Assembly (NCBI GenBank): GCA_030141605.1
Contig: JAQGDQ010001184.1
Location: 1 to 56,989 of the forward strand
Source: Tubiluchus corallicola
Taxonomy: Eukaryota > Animalia > Priapulida
Reading direction: 5' to 3'
Length of the DNA stretch: 56,989 nucleotides
The translations under genes and the position numbers were made by a program. How positions within the stretch are numbered: position 1 is the first letter of the stretch; each line of letters opens with the position of its first letter. Under the pieces are notes generated by a model. It was not told where the DNA came from and did no database searches. It saw only the letters and a program-made list of their open reading frames with translations. Below are positions 24,985 through 35,858 of the stretch, one piece after another.

Positions 24985-25560
24985 AATAGGAATAGAAAGG
25001 CAAGATGGTCGTTTTCCAGAAGAACCATCGTAAATGGAATACAAGGGATAGACGATCGTTTTTTAGAACAACCATCGTAATGGAATAGAAGGGATAGACG
25101 ATCGTTTTCCAGAAGAACCATCGTAAATGGAATAGAAGGGACAGACGATCATTTTTCAGAAGAACCATCGTAAATGGAATAGAAGGGATAGACGATCGTT
25201 TTCCAGAAGAACCATCGTAAATGGAATAGAAGGGATAGACGATCGTTTTTCAAAAGAACCATCGTAAATGGAACAGAAGGGATAGACGATCGTTTTCTAG
25301 AAGAACCATCGTAAATGGAATAGAAGGGATAGACGATCGTTTTCCAGAAGAACCATTGGAAATGGAATAGAAGGGATAGACGATCGTTTTTCAGAGGAAC
25401 CATCGTAAATGGAATAGAAGGGGTAGACGATCGTTTTTCAGAGGAACCATCGTAAATGGAATAGAAGGGATAGACGATCGTTTTTCAGAGGAACCATCGT
25501 AAATGGAATAGAAGGGATAGACGATCGTTTTTCAGAACAACCATCGTAAATGGAATAGAA
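24985..25560. repeat. 47-bp minisatellite, ~12 units
   Basis: Unit gacgatcgttttccagaagaaccatcgtaaatggaatagaagggata. Confidence 0.97.
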
Positions 25561-25618
25561 CTTTGGGCGAATTCTTTGAATCCGTGGCAGACCTTACACC
25601 ACTGCAAACTAAAGCATA

Positions 25619-27589
25619 TCATAAGGTCATTTCACACGCTAAAGTAAAACTGGTTTTGGCAAATCCCGCTGCTACTTCTGAAGGCGTTTTCGGACTGCCT
25701 GCAGTGCATGCACTTTGGTCATATAGAGAAACATTTTCATCATTATTCTGCTTATTTACACAATCGTGACAAATTTCCCCAGAGTCAGTCATCTCATTTT
25801 GAAATGCGAACAGCTTACTGCACTCTGATTGGTCAACTGAGTCTTCATATTGACAATGGTTTAGTCTTGTTTGGCTAGTTCTATCAAAACCTTGAACTAT
25901 ATCATCACATGATGTTGCTAGGCTATTGTCAATTTCAGCATTATCTGTTTCAGCAAGGTCTTCTCTGGGATAGTTTGCATTGTCAATTTTATGGACTTGA
26001 CTATCTGATTTGCCTTTGTTGACACGAATTTCCTCAATAACGTCTTCTCTCTGGCTATCATCTTCTGTTAAAACAAGCTCATCATTATTGTCTGTTGGCA
26101 CCTCTTCTCTTAAATGCTCTGATTGTTCTTTTTGGCTATCAGTTGTAGAGCTTGAGTTAACTAAGTCGTCTTTTCTTACTGTCTCAGGTTCTATTTCTTG
26201 GCAAATCATTGCTGGGTTTTGCTTAGCTACTGATGCATCAGAAAACGAGACTACTCTTGGCGATTTCGTCCCTTGCACAACGGGTGGATCATTAGCGGAT
26301 GGTGGCGGACCATTGGTGATATTTGGCCGACCATTGATGGTTGCTGGTGGACCATTGGCGGATGCCGGTGGACTGAGCTTCTGCGGCGAATCTATGGTTA
26401 GCCGTGATTCTACGGTCTTGCTGCTGCTTTGACTGATCTGACGCTTGAGATTTGGGGTGCACAATGGCGACGGTGTGGTGGGTTCGACTGGAGCCACATC
26501 TCTGGAAAACATGCGTGTGAACACCGCGCTTCTTACCAGTCTTTCAACAACGCCATCATGATCTGCCCCATCGTCTCTGCTAACAGTGTTAGTTCGAATG
26601 TCTCCATACTTGCAGCACAACAAATTCTTGAAGGCTTCCCTAAACACCGGGTTCTTTCCACCATAGATGAATGGGTTTATGGCACTGTTTAGGACTCCCA
26701 AAAATAGTGCCCCGGTACCGAGTGTCCTCATCAATGGTGACGTCGCATCCACTGTTATCAAAACTAGAGTCATAACAATGAATGGCGTCCAACAAACAAT
26801 GAAAGTTCCAATGACAATGGCCAGCATTTTTGCCAACTTGAAACTGCGACGTTCTTGTGTTATTTGCCGGGTCATTGTGGCCAGCTTCCCCTTAACGCTG
26901 TGCTTGCTGCTGGACTCAGCATAAGAAGATCTGTTAGCGGAACTTGTACTCAATGCCCTGGTCCTCTGGTCGGAGTACAGCCGTAGCAGACGGATGTACA
27001 AAATAGTAATTATGGCAACGACGACAAAATACTCAACATCGATAGCGATGACGTAACCGGGTGTCATCACTTCCGTGTACCTACATGATGTGGTGGTTGT
27101 CCAGTTGTTTACTCCAAATAACGGTATGGCACTTTGGAGAGCATTTACCACCCACGTGCAGAGTATAATGATCCAAGCTCGTCTAGTGTTGACCAGTTTC
27201 TCATGGCTGAACGGAGATGACACCAGCACATACCGGTCTATCGATATCAACAGCAAGCTTATCATGGATTGGGAACAGCTGAGAAGGATCAACCAGAACC
27301 TGAAGAGACATACGATCTTGCTTGAAGCTTGTGGGAGGATGAAGGTAACGCAGAGGATCAGAAGGACGAAGCCCAGCAATATGTCCGACGCGGCCAGATT
27401 TGCCAGGAACAGATGAGTGACAGTTCTCAGACGTTTGAACCTCTGGACGGCACAGATGACTAAGCTGTTTCCAACCAGTATGATGAGCATCAGTAACATT
27501 GAAGCTGTTATCTGAGCAAAGGCAGTCATTGACAGCGTCCCAGAAGTATCATCTGGTCTGGTCTCGTTGTCATATGTTGTGTTATTCAT
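25619..27589 (-). CDS. Class A (rhodopsin-like) GPCR, orphan, adenosine/GPR119-like group, long C-terminal tail
   Basis: 656-aa single-exon ORF with 7 hydrophobic segments; GN, LAASD, DRY, CWTPF, NPFIY, CC after helix 8; N-terminal sequons NNT, NTT, NET. Confidence 0.95.
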   Translation of the reverse strand: MNNTTYDNETRPDDTSGTLSMTAFAQITASMLLMLIILVGNSLVICAVQRFKRLRTVTHLFLANLAASDILLGFVLLILCVTFILPQASSKIVCLFRFWLILLSCSQSMISLLLISIDRYVLVSSPFSHEKLVNTRRAWIIILCTWVVNALQSAIPLFGVNNWTTTTSCRYTEVMTPGYVIAIDVEYFVVVAIITILYIRLLRLYSDQRTRALSTSSANRSSYAESSSKHSVKGKLATMTRQITQERRSFKLAKMLAIVIGTFIVCWTPFIVMTLVLITVDATSPLMRTLGTGALFLGVLNSAINPFIYGGKNPVFREAFKNLLCCKYGDIRTNTVSRDDGADHDGVVERLVRSAVFTRMFSRDVAPVEPTTPSPLCTPNLKRQISQSSSKTVESRLTIDSPQKLSPPASANGPPATINGRPNITNGPPPSANDPPVVQGTKSPRVVSFSDASVAKQNPAMICQEIEPETVRKDDLVNSSSTTDSQKEQSEHLREEVPTDNNDELVLTEDDSQREDVIEEIRVNKGKSDSQVHKIDNANYPREDLAETDNAEIDNSLATSCDDIVQGFDRTSQTRLNHCQYEDSVDQSECSKLFAFQNEMTDSGEICHDCVNKQNNDENVSLYDQSACTAGSPKTPSEVAAGFAKTSFTLACEMTL

Positions 27590-28329
27590 TGCAGTAAATA
27601 TTTTAACGTAAACTTCACTCTGAATATATCTTTCACCAACAGATTTCTAATCAACGACACTATCTATCAAAATTGGCTCTGTTGTAAAAGATAACGTTTA
27701 GATATCCTTTATAAGATAAACTTAGTTGTAAAAGATAAACTTAGACATAAATGAGAGTTAAGTTCAATACAGCACTGCTCTAAATTTTCACGCAAAAAGT
27801 ATAACGGTAACATCCTCACACACGCAGGGTTTAAATCATTTACTTTCTAACGTTTTTTTATCACACTAACGAGTAAGTTCAGTATTTGCCTTGTTCGTAG
27901 TGTAAGCACAGAGTTTGGACGTATGGCTAATATAATTCTCATGTAAAGTGTAGTTATTACAGAGTAATGTTGAGTCTCGTCACTCCTAGTTTGTGTTGAT
28001 GTTCAATGCAGCTTCCTTCCTGTGAGATCTCTATCACTACCAGGTAAACGCTTGCACGTATACAGCATGTCACGATGGTATTTTTGTAGTCTTACGAAGA
28101 TGCATTCATGACTGGTTGCTAGTTGCTTACTTGGTAATTAAATTCAAACTTGCCTTCTTTCTTACTGGCTTACTCATTCGTCACTTTCTTAAGCGCTAAT
28201 TTCTTTATTAATCACCAGGCCACTTAACCACCGACTGACTCGCCGACTAACTAAGTTTCGAACGAATCACAGCTAGTCTACCAATGGACCACCAAATGGA
28301 GAGGCGAACTTACTGAAGAGGTGAATGAA

Positions 28330-28765
28330 TAGCCGACCAACCACCAATCACTCAGCCGGTCAGTCAAGCAACCAACCCACCAAACAATGAATAAATAAAC
28401 GAATCAAGCAACCAATCAACAAACCAATCACCAATCACGTGTCAGCCAGTCAGCCCATCAACCAACGAACCAATAAATCATTTAAGAAATCAACCAATTA
28501 ATCAATCAGCCAATCAACCAATCAACCAAAACCAGCCAACCAATCAATCAATCAACGAATAGAGCAACCAATCAACCAACTAATAACGAGCCAGACAGCC
28601 ATTCAACCAACCAACCAATCAATCAACGGAAGAAGCGACCAGTCAATGGATCCAGAAACCAATCAACAAATCAAACAACCAACCGCCAGCTAACCAACCA
28701 ACAAATCAAACAAGTAACCAACTAACAGATCAACTAATAAACTTTAACCAATTGACTAACCAAGT
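28330..28765. repeat. Degenerate (CCAA)/(TCAA) tract
   Basis: Direct reading. Confidence 0.88.
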
Positions 28766-29320
28766 GACTTAAAGCTTTTTGAGGAATGCACAAAAGTGCT
28801 CATGCATTTTTAACAAACATTTTCTTGGTTATTGGGGGGGGGGGGTTAAAGCAATAAAAGGATTTCACTAAGCTGTAAGCTGTAGGCTTGAGGACACATT
28901 CTCATTTTTGGAATGTCGCGCTGCATTGTGGAATCTCTCATGTGAAATTTCAAGCTTTTAAAGCTTACAGTTCAACCTAATGTGAATATGATTTACTTGT
29001 TTCAGACACGATTCTTTGTGTCAGCGGTTCTCTTGGGAGGTCATGAGTTCTCAAGATTTTCAAAACAAGAAACAAAATTATAGAATCATAGTGGCATTTA
29101 AACTAGATTTTGCTTCCCGCTTTTGCAGGAAGAAAAACAGGAGGGGATAAACTAAACTCTTTCACAGGAGATGAATGTTAAACAGAAGGACTTGAAATAT
29201 AAAATATTTTAAAAAGAGTATTTTTATCGTAAAACCGTAAAACATACAGTAGAGGTCTCTCTCTCTTTCTTTTGTTCTTTATTCTTAAAGCTTTCTTGAA
29301 GAGAAAAAGATATCAAGGCT

Positions 29321-30100
29321 GTAGGTAGGTAGGTAGGTAGGTAGGTAGGTAGGTAGGTAGGTAGGTAGGTAGGTAGGTAGGCAGTAGGTATGTAGGTAGG
29401 TAGGTAGGTAGGTAGGTAGGTAGATAGCTGGGTAGGTATGTAGGTATGTATGTAGGTAGGTAGGTAAAGAGGTAGGTAGGTAGGTAGGTAGGTAGGTAGG
29501 TAGGTAGGTAGGTAGGCAGGTAGGTAGGTAGGTAGGCAGGTAGGTAGGTAGGTAGGTAGGTAGGTAGGTATGTAGGTAGGTAGGTAGGCATGTAGATAGC
29601 TAGGTAGGTAGGTAGGTAGGTAGGTAGGTAGGTAGGTAGGTAGTAGGTATGTAGGTAGGTAGGTAGGTAGGTAGGTAGGTAGGTAGGTAGGTTGGTAGGT
29701 AGGTAGGTAGGTAGGTAGATAGCTAGGTAGGTATGTAGGTATGTATGTAGGTAGGTAGGTAAAGAGGTAGGTAGGTAGGTAGGGAGGGAGGTAGGTAGGT
29801 ATGTAGATAGGTAGGCAGGTAGATAAGTTGGTAGGTAAGTAGCTACGTAGGTAGGTAGTCAATTATATAGGTAGATAAGTAGGCACGTATGTAGGTAGTT
29901 GTGTAGATAGGTAGATAGTTATGCAAGTAGACAGGTAGGCAGATTAACTACCTGAGTAGGTAGGTAAGTAGATAGCTTTGTAGGTAAACAGATAGGTAGC
30001 TAGGTTGGTAGTTACTTAGATAGCTAAATAGTGATATAAGTAGACAGTTAAGCAGGTAGAATGGTAGTTGGGTAGATAGGCTGGTAATCAGACAGGTAGC
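29321..30100. repeat. (TAGG)n microsatellite, decaying to the right
   Basis: Direct reading. Confidence 0.97.
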
Positions 30101-30789
30101 TACTTTATACATGTAAGTTACATTCTTTCTGTATCATTTACTACATTCTACAATATTACATTATTGTGTATTTGCTGCATTCACCTGTAGGCTTATTGCA
30201 TAATCTGCAGGACCAGGTTGAACAGGTAATGATGAACGTCTAATTAAAATCAGCGTCGGCACCTTGTTACCTGCCGCCACAGGTGATTGATACCTTATTT
30301 GCTTAAAACTAATCACCCGATTAACTCTACGCTGTGGGCTTCGTGCACAAAATTCACGTACAAATTTGTGTTAATTATGAAGCCAAGTCAATTCTGCCCA
30401 ATTGTTGTGCAACCTCCCACCTAAAATCCTATTCGATCATACACGATCGCTAATCGAGAGCTTCTCTATCTGCTTGGTGTAGTAAATCAGTTTTATGGGA
30501 CTGCCAGTCATAAAACTGTAAACTTTCATAAAGGCGCCAGGAGAATTTGTTTGATTTTGTAAAGCCGGTTTATGATATTTTCTAATTTGTTTTGTTTCAG
30601 GTCTGTTGAACCTCGCAACTAAACTGATGCAGTGGGTAGGTGGGTTGTATCTGTGGGTTGCGTAGGCTTAAGTGATAAACTAGAAACCTTGTGAGCTCTA
30701 GAAATAAATGGTATAATTATCGATTATCCCTGAAACGTATTTTCAGTGTTTAAGCTCCCAAAGTATAATAGTAGTGATTTGTTGATTCA

Positions 30790-30960
30790 CACTCGGTTGA
30801 TAATGGTAATACACCACAAGCGCTTTGCCAGACAGGTCGTTTATAAACTTATACAAAACCGGTTAATAATGGTAACACACCACAAGCGCTTTGCCAGTCT
30901 AGACATTTATAAACTTCAAAACTCCGATTAATAATGGTAACGCACCACAAACGCTTGGGT
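30790..30960. repeat. ~66-bp tandem repeat, ~2.6 units
   Basis: ataatggtaa.acaccacaagcgctt repeated three times. Confidence 0.85.
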
Positions 30961-31729
30961 AATAGTTTATAAGATTATGCATTGCATTCAAAATGCAAGT
31001 GTTCGTAATGCACCAAAAACTGTGAAGTACCCTGTAATACCTAAGTAAGTGATAAATACATTATATATATTATACATTAGCGAAAGAAAAGCATTTGTGA
31101 TGTGTTAGCACTTTGTTGAAAATGAATGAAATCAACGTAGACTCAATACAGCTGCACACGCTACTCACTTACCATTGCTACACTGTATCCAGAGTCATTA
31201 GGAGAAATCTGACTAGGATTCAAAAATTTTAATTTCCATTAAACAGGGAAAGAAAGCTAAGAAAATGGACCTCAGTTTCCTTAAATAACCCATCCTTCTG
31301 CTGCCAAATAATATAGTTCAAACACCCACAGCCATACAAGCTGCAATCACGAAGTCAGACATTACCAGCACTCGGAGCGTAGTTGGATGGGTGCTGTCTG
31401 AACAATGCCTCTGAAATTAACCCGCATATGGACGTTTAATCTTTATGTTTCTTAGTTTGTAGTTAGCAAAATTCTAGAATTTTCTGTCGATCATAATGTT
31501 TTACTTGAATATGCAATAAAAGTGTAGGTCTATCATCACTTTTGGTTAACTAGAGATATGGAATCTGTTACACAGCTGCTAAATAAATTTTAGTCAAACA
31601 AATGTTAAACAAAAAAGAGCGGAACATATTACTAAACTTTCGTTAAGTTGGACTTTCGTTTAAGCCCGACTGCCTCAAAAATATGTGATAAAAAGCTCTT
31701 AAGTACGTTTGTAACCTGCTGATTGCTAA

Positions 31730-32060
31730 TATGATCGCATTAAATTAGGTCCTTTGATGAAAGTGTTTGTAGTGTACTAACTGCGTTTCATTTATTTATG
31801 GATGTGATCGTTTTAAATATGCACATTTGCTGGAAGTGTTTGTTGTGTACTAATTGCATTGCGTTTGCTTGCAAATGTGATCGCTTTAAATTTGGTCCAT
31901 TGATGAAAGTGTTTGTTGTGTACTAACTGCGTTGCATTTGTTTATGGATGTGATCGTTTTAAATATGCTCCTCTGCTAAAAGTGTTTGTTGTGTGCTAAT
32001 TGCATTGCGTTTGCTTGCAAATGTGATCATTTTAAATTTGGTCTTTTATTGAAAGTGGTA
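31730..32060. repeat. 73-bp tandem repeat, ~4.5 units, alternating variants
   Basis: gtgatcg..ttaaat..aagtgtttgttgtgtactaa. Confidence 0.9.
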
Positions 32061-32143
32061 CACTTAACCTTTGACCTACGTGTTCTGTGAACGAAAGTGT
32101 GAAAAGGCTTATTGTAAAGATGTTAGGAACTACATGTATTGCA

Positions 32144-32613
32144 TTAAACGTGCAAGTGTTCTGGGAGCTTACGCTTATTTCAATGTTCGCGAAAAAAGTT
32201 AGTAATAAAAGTGTGATAAGCGCCTAGTGTAATTTACATAATCATTTTAAAGTCTCGATTAAGTACCGCTTGGGTACTCCTATTTTGAACTCCTATTCTT
32301 CCACCAATGACGTCATTTATCGACTGAAGAAAAGTAGCGCATTGTCAATTTCCATCAAAAGTTTAATAAGTTTTGAAGTAAAATTTGATAGCTAATTTTG
32401 TGAAATTTCTGGGTGAATATTAAGGTAAGCTGTAGAAGTATGGGCGAGCTTGAACATTGCTTGCTTACGGAAAACTACGATGTGCTTACGAAAAGTCACG
32501 ATTTTCATGTGAATGACTGCAACCAAAGGTTCTTTATTATATTTTTCTAAGTTCTTGTTCTAAGTGACTTGTTCTTTTTTATGCAGCGCACGCTTACAGA
32601 AAGCCAAGATGCG

Positions 32614-32653
<40 letters not shown>

Positions 32654-32835
32654 AATCATGGAGTCCACCAACTACGTCATAATTTTAACGTGAATGGTTT
32701 CAGTTACTTAGACGAAAAAATTTTATACAGCAGTAGTATGATATAACTTTATTTTTTGCAAATTTCTTTGTTATATTTTTCTAAGTTTACAGCAAAATGA
32801 ACTCAACGTATTAAATGGCTTGTCTTCTCCTTTAA
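32144..32835 (+). mobile_element. TTAA MITE family C copy
   Basis: Shares ccaccaatgacgtcatt..gactgaagaaaag..tgtcaatttcc; ends CTCCTTTAA; internal (TA)n. Confidence 0.75.
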
Positions 32836-33060
32836 ATGTGCTGTTCTTCCCCATCTAAAGTGATAGTCTAGTGATTGTGTGACGTTTTTCTCCTGAAAAT
32901 GAACTAAAATCTCTGCTGTTGTATCTTTCACTGCTCTACAAATTCTTCGAGGGGTGTGTACCCAGGAGGAGAAAAATCAACTCTCCATTACGAGCACGAT
33001 TATTTCTACACGACTACATGAGAACGATTCTCTTTACGACTCCTGCGCCCAGAGCAAAAC

Positions 33061-33068
33061 TATATAAG
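33061..33068 (+). promoter_or_regulatory. TATA box of the Kazal-domain gene
   Basis: TATATAAG about 170 nt upstream of the ATG at 33232. Confidence 0.5.
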
Positions 33069-33231
33069 ATATCGATTGTGCGATTGTGTGAGAGCAGGAA
33101 CTGTGTCAGGAAGCGGAAATGCGTGTTAGTCATAGGTGCAAGTTTACACGAGGTCGGAGCAACTTGGTACGTCTGTGACAAAGAGTAAGAAAGTCGAAGC
33201 TGTCAGGTGTGAAAAAGTCAAAGATTCATCC

Positions 33232-33274
33232 ATGGATGTCAGCAGGTGCCTGGCTATGTGGTTGCTTGTTTTAG
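33232..33274 (+). CDS. Kazal gene exon 1 (signal peptide)
   Basis: TCCATGG start; MDVSRCLAMWLLVL; TTAG|GTAAAG. Confidence 0.75.
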
Positions 33275-35812
33275 GTAAAGATTTTTGTGTGATTGCAATG
33301 TGTTTTGTAAATATGCAAAGATGTTTAGTAATAATCTTTATGAATTTGGTGTCAAATTTCATTTGTTTTGTAAGAAAATAATGGCTGCTAGAATTAGGTT
33401 AATGGTTTTCGTTTCATGTATTTCGTTCGGTTAATTGAACGGAAAATTGGTTAATTTTGTTAATTGAACGGAATGTTTCTATTTGCCGAACGGTTCACGA
33501 ACCAAATTAAACAAAACAGACTTCATAATGAACCAATTTTTGTTAAAAAAATGAAAACGTAAAATACTAAAAACGCGAGAAACGTTTCGACTGGCACACG
33601 TACACCTAAACTCAAGCATCTGGTTCGAAGATTCAAGCGTTTGGTAAGACGGCATCTATATTCAATCTAAAACATCTACCAATACATCATGTCTGAAGAC
33701 ATTTACATCTGATCCCAATAGTCCTGGGTGGTGTATATAAAAGTAATCTGGAAGCTTTACAAATTACCCAGAACAAAATTCTCAAACTAATATATCATGT
33801 AAGGTATGACCATCCCACAAATATACTTTATTTGTCTGTTAAAACTCTTAAAGTGAAAGAAATATATGACATGTATTGTCTTCATTTCATGTATCAGTAT
33901 CATAATTCACTACTTCCACCAGCTTTTCAGTCATACTTTAGTCCAGTTTCAAATGAACATGATCATTACACAAGATATTCAGTCGAAAACTATGTACTCC
34001 CCCTTCCAAAAACAAATATAATGAAACAGTCATCAAAATATAATGCTATTGAACTATGGTCATCAATTCCGCGTGAAATGAAAAATCTTTATCAATTTAA
34101 AAAAGCATCAAAGAATTACCTACTACAACGGTATAATTAACTCACAATTTTACTCATCCTGATCTTAAGTTACTAACAAAACTTACTTTGTTCTAATGTA
34201 TGCTATAACTGATGAAAATGTAATGTTAATTGTCAATTGTTTCACTTATCTGGAGGAGGACTCGAAAGCAAAATGCTCCTTCCTCCTCCTCACAGTAACT
34301 CGAATAGTTTATTTTTTTTCAATGTTATATCAATTTATATGTATATTTGAGTTGCTGTGGAATAAATAAATTCATAATTCATAATTCATCTGTTAAGATC
34401 TACAGGTGTCCTGAAACATCTAATCAGAACTCCCTTAGAGCAGTCTCAAGCATGTAGACAGATGAAATCCATTTCAAATCTCTGATACCTAACCAGACGA
34501 CCAGTACAGGCAATGTTAGGCAATGAGATATGCATCTGATAGAGAAATACACCGGTAGAATCAATTAGCTTCTTAGAAGACATCAATGACCCAAGCATCT
34601 AGTAGGAAGACTCAACAGTTTGGTAAGATGGCAGCTATACGCAACCTAAAACATCGACATCAAGTCTGAAGGCATTTACGTCTGATCTAATAATCTGTTG
34701 AGATCTACAGAAATCCTGAAACGTTACCAACCAATCTGAGAATGCGAAATATTTGTCACGCTTTTAGTAATTAAGGCACTTCATGGCTACTCTAAGAAAA
34801 TTGCTAAACAACATGCTGCTTCTACAACAAGCTTAAGAACTTCCACAAAAATGCCAATATTAGAAGCCTATAGAGATTACAATACATTCATATTTCTTTA
34901 TAAATATGCCAATAAACTGAGCATTCCGTTTATAAACATCCCTTTTGTTTTTTTTGTACTTTTGCAATATTATTTTGTAAAAATATATCAATATGGTGTT
35001 TGTAAATATGTCCATTTATTGCAAATAATTAGGCCTTAGTTTTGCACTTTAGTTTTCTAGTCTGCACTGGACGCATTTGTCTTGAACAGTGTTGTTATCT
35101 TAACATTACGCTGAGGCTTACTCAATTTTATTATAATGAGTGAACCATTTTAATGACAAATAAAGAATTAATTTATATATATGTTCATAATAATCATATA
35201 TATGTTCATATAATCATTTATATATATATATATATATAAATATATATATATATATTATATGTTATAACAAAAGTTGTTAGTTTCAATAATACTGTAAAAA
35301 GGCTTGTTAAAATTGACTTAAACTTCACTAAAGCTATATAGCAAGCTGAAAAACATTCAAGGTCTGAAACTATTTTTTTGAACAAATTGAACCAACTTCG
35401 TTGCAACATTCCGTGCCACTTGCAAGTGTAAATTATTTTAAGAAAAACACTCCAATTTCGTCGTAAAACATTAGATATAACAAGGCAGTTTGGCGCAAAT
35501 CAATTTTCTTTAGGCAATTGTATTCGCATCCTTTTTGTATTATGTAGTATTTTGTTTTTATAAATTTTTCTGAGTTTCTTTTCCACTTGAATGTAATTTT
35601 TAACGTGCGTTAGTTTCCATTCCAACAAACTGGAAACAATTACTTTTTCATTTCTACATGATTATGATGATGATGATGATGATGATGACGACAACGAGGA
35701 CGGTTATGATGATGATGATGGCGGCGGTGGTGGTGGTGGTGGTGGTGGTAATGACGACGACGACTATGATGATGATGGTGATGATGATGATGGTGATGAT
35801 GATTGTCATGAT

Positions 35813-35858
<46 letters not shown>

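Noticed and set aside
24985-25560. CRISPR-like regular repeat with a palindrome
   Set aside because: Units are contiguous with no unique spacers, no cas genes, eukaryotic context; the same applies to the other arrays
26010-27416. Plus-strand ORFs overlapping the GPCR
   Set aside because: Antisense shadows of the real minus-strand CDS
29224-30100. (LPTY)n ORF or telomere-like repeat
   Set aside because: Plain (TAGG)n tetranucleotide, not TTAGG or TTAGGG; interstitial and decaying
31165-31400. Possible non-coding first exon of the 656-aa GPCR (minus-strand ATG|GTAAGT donor near 31172)
   Set aside because: Donor is plausible but no clear matching promoter or acceptor; needs cDNA
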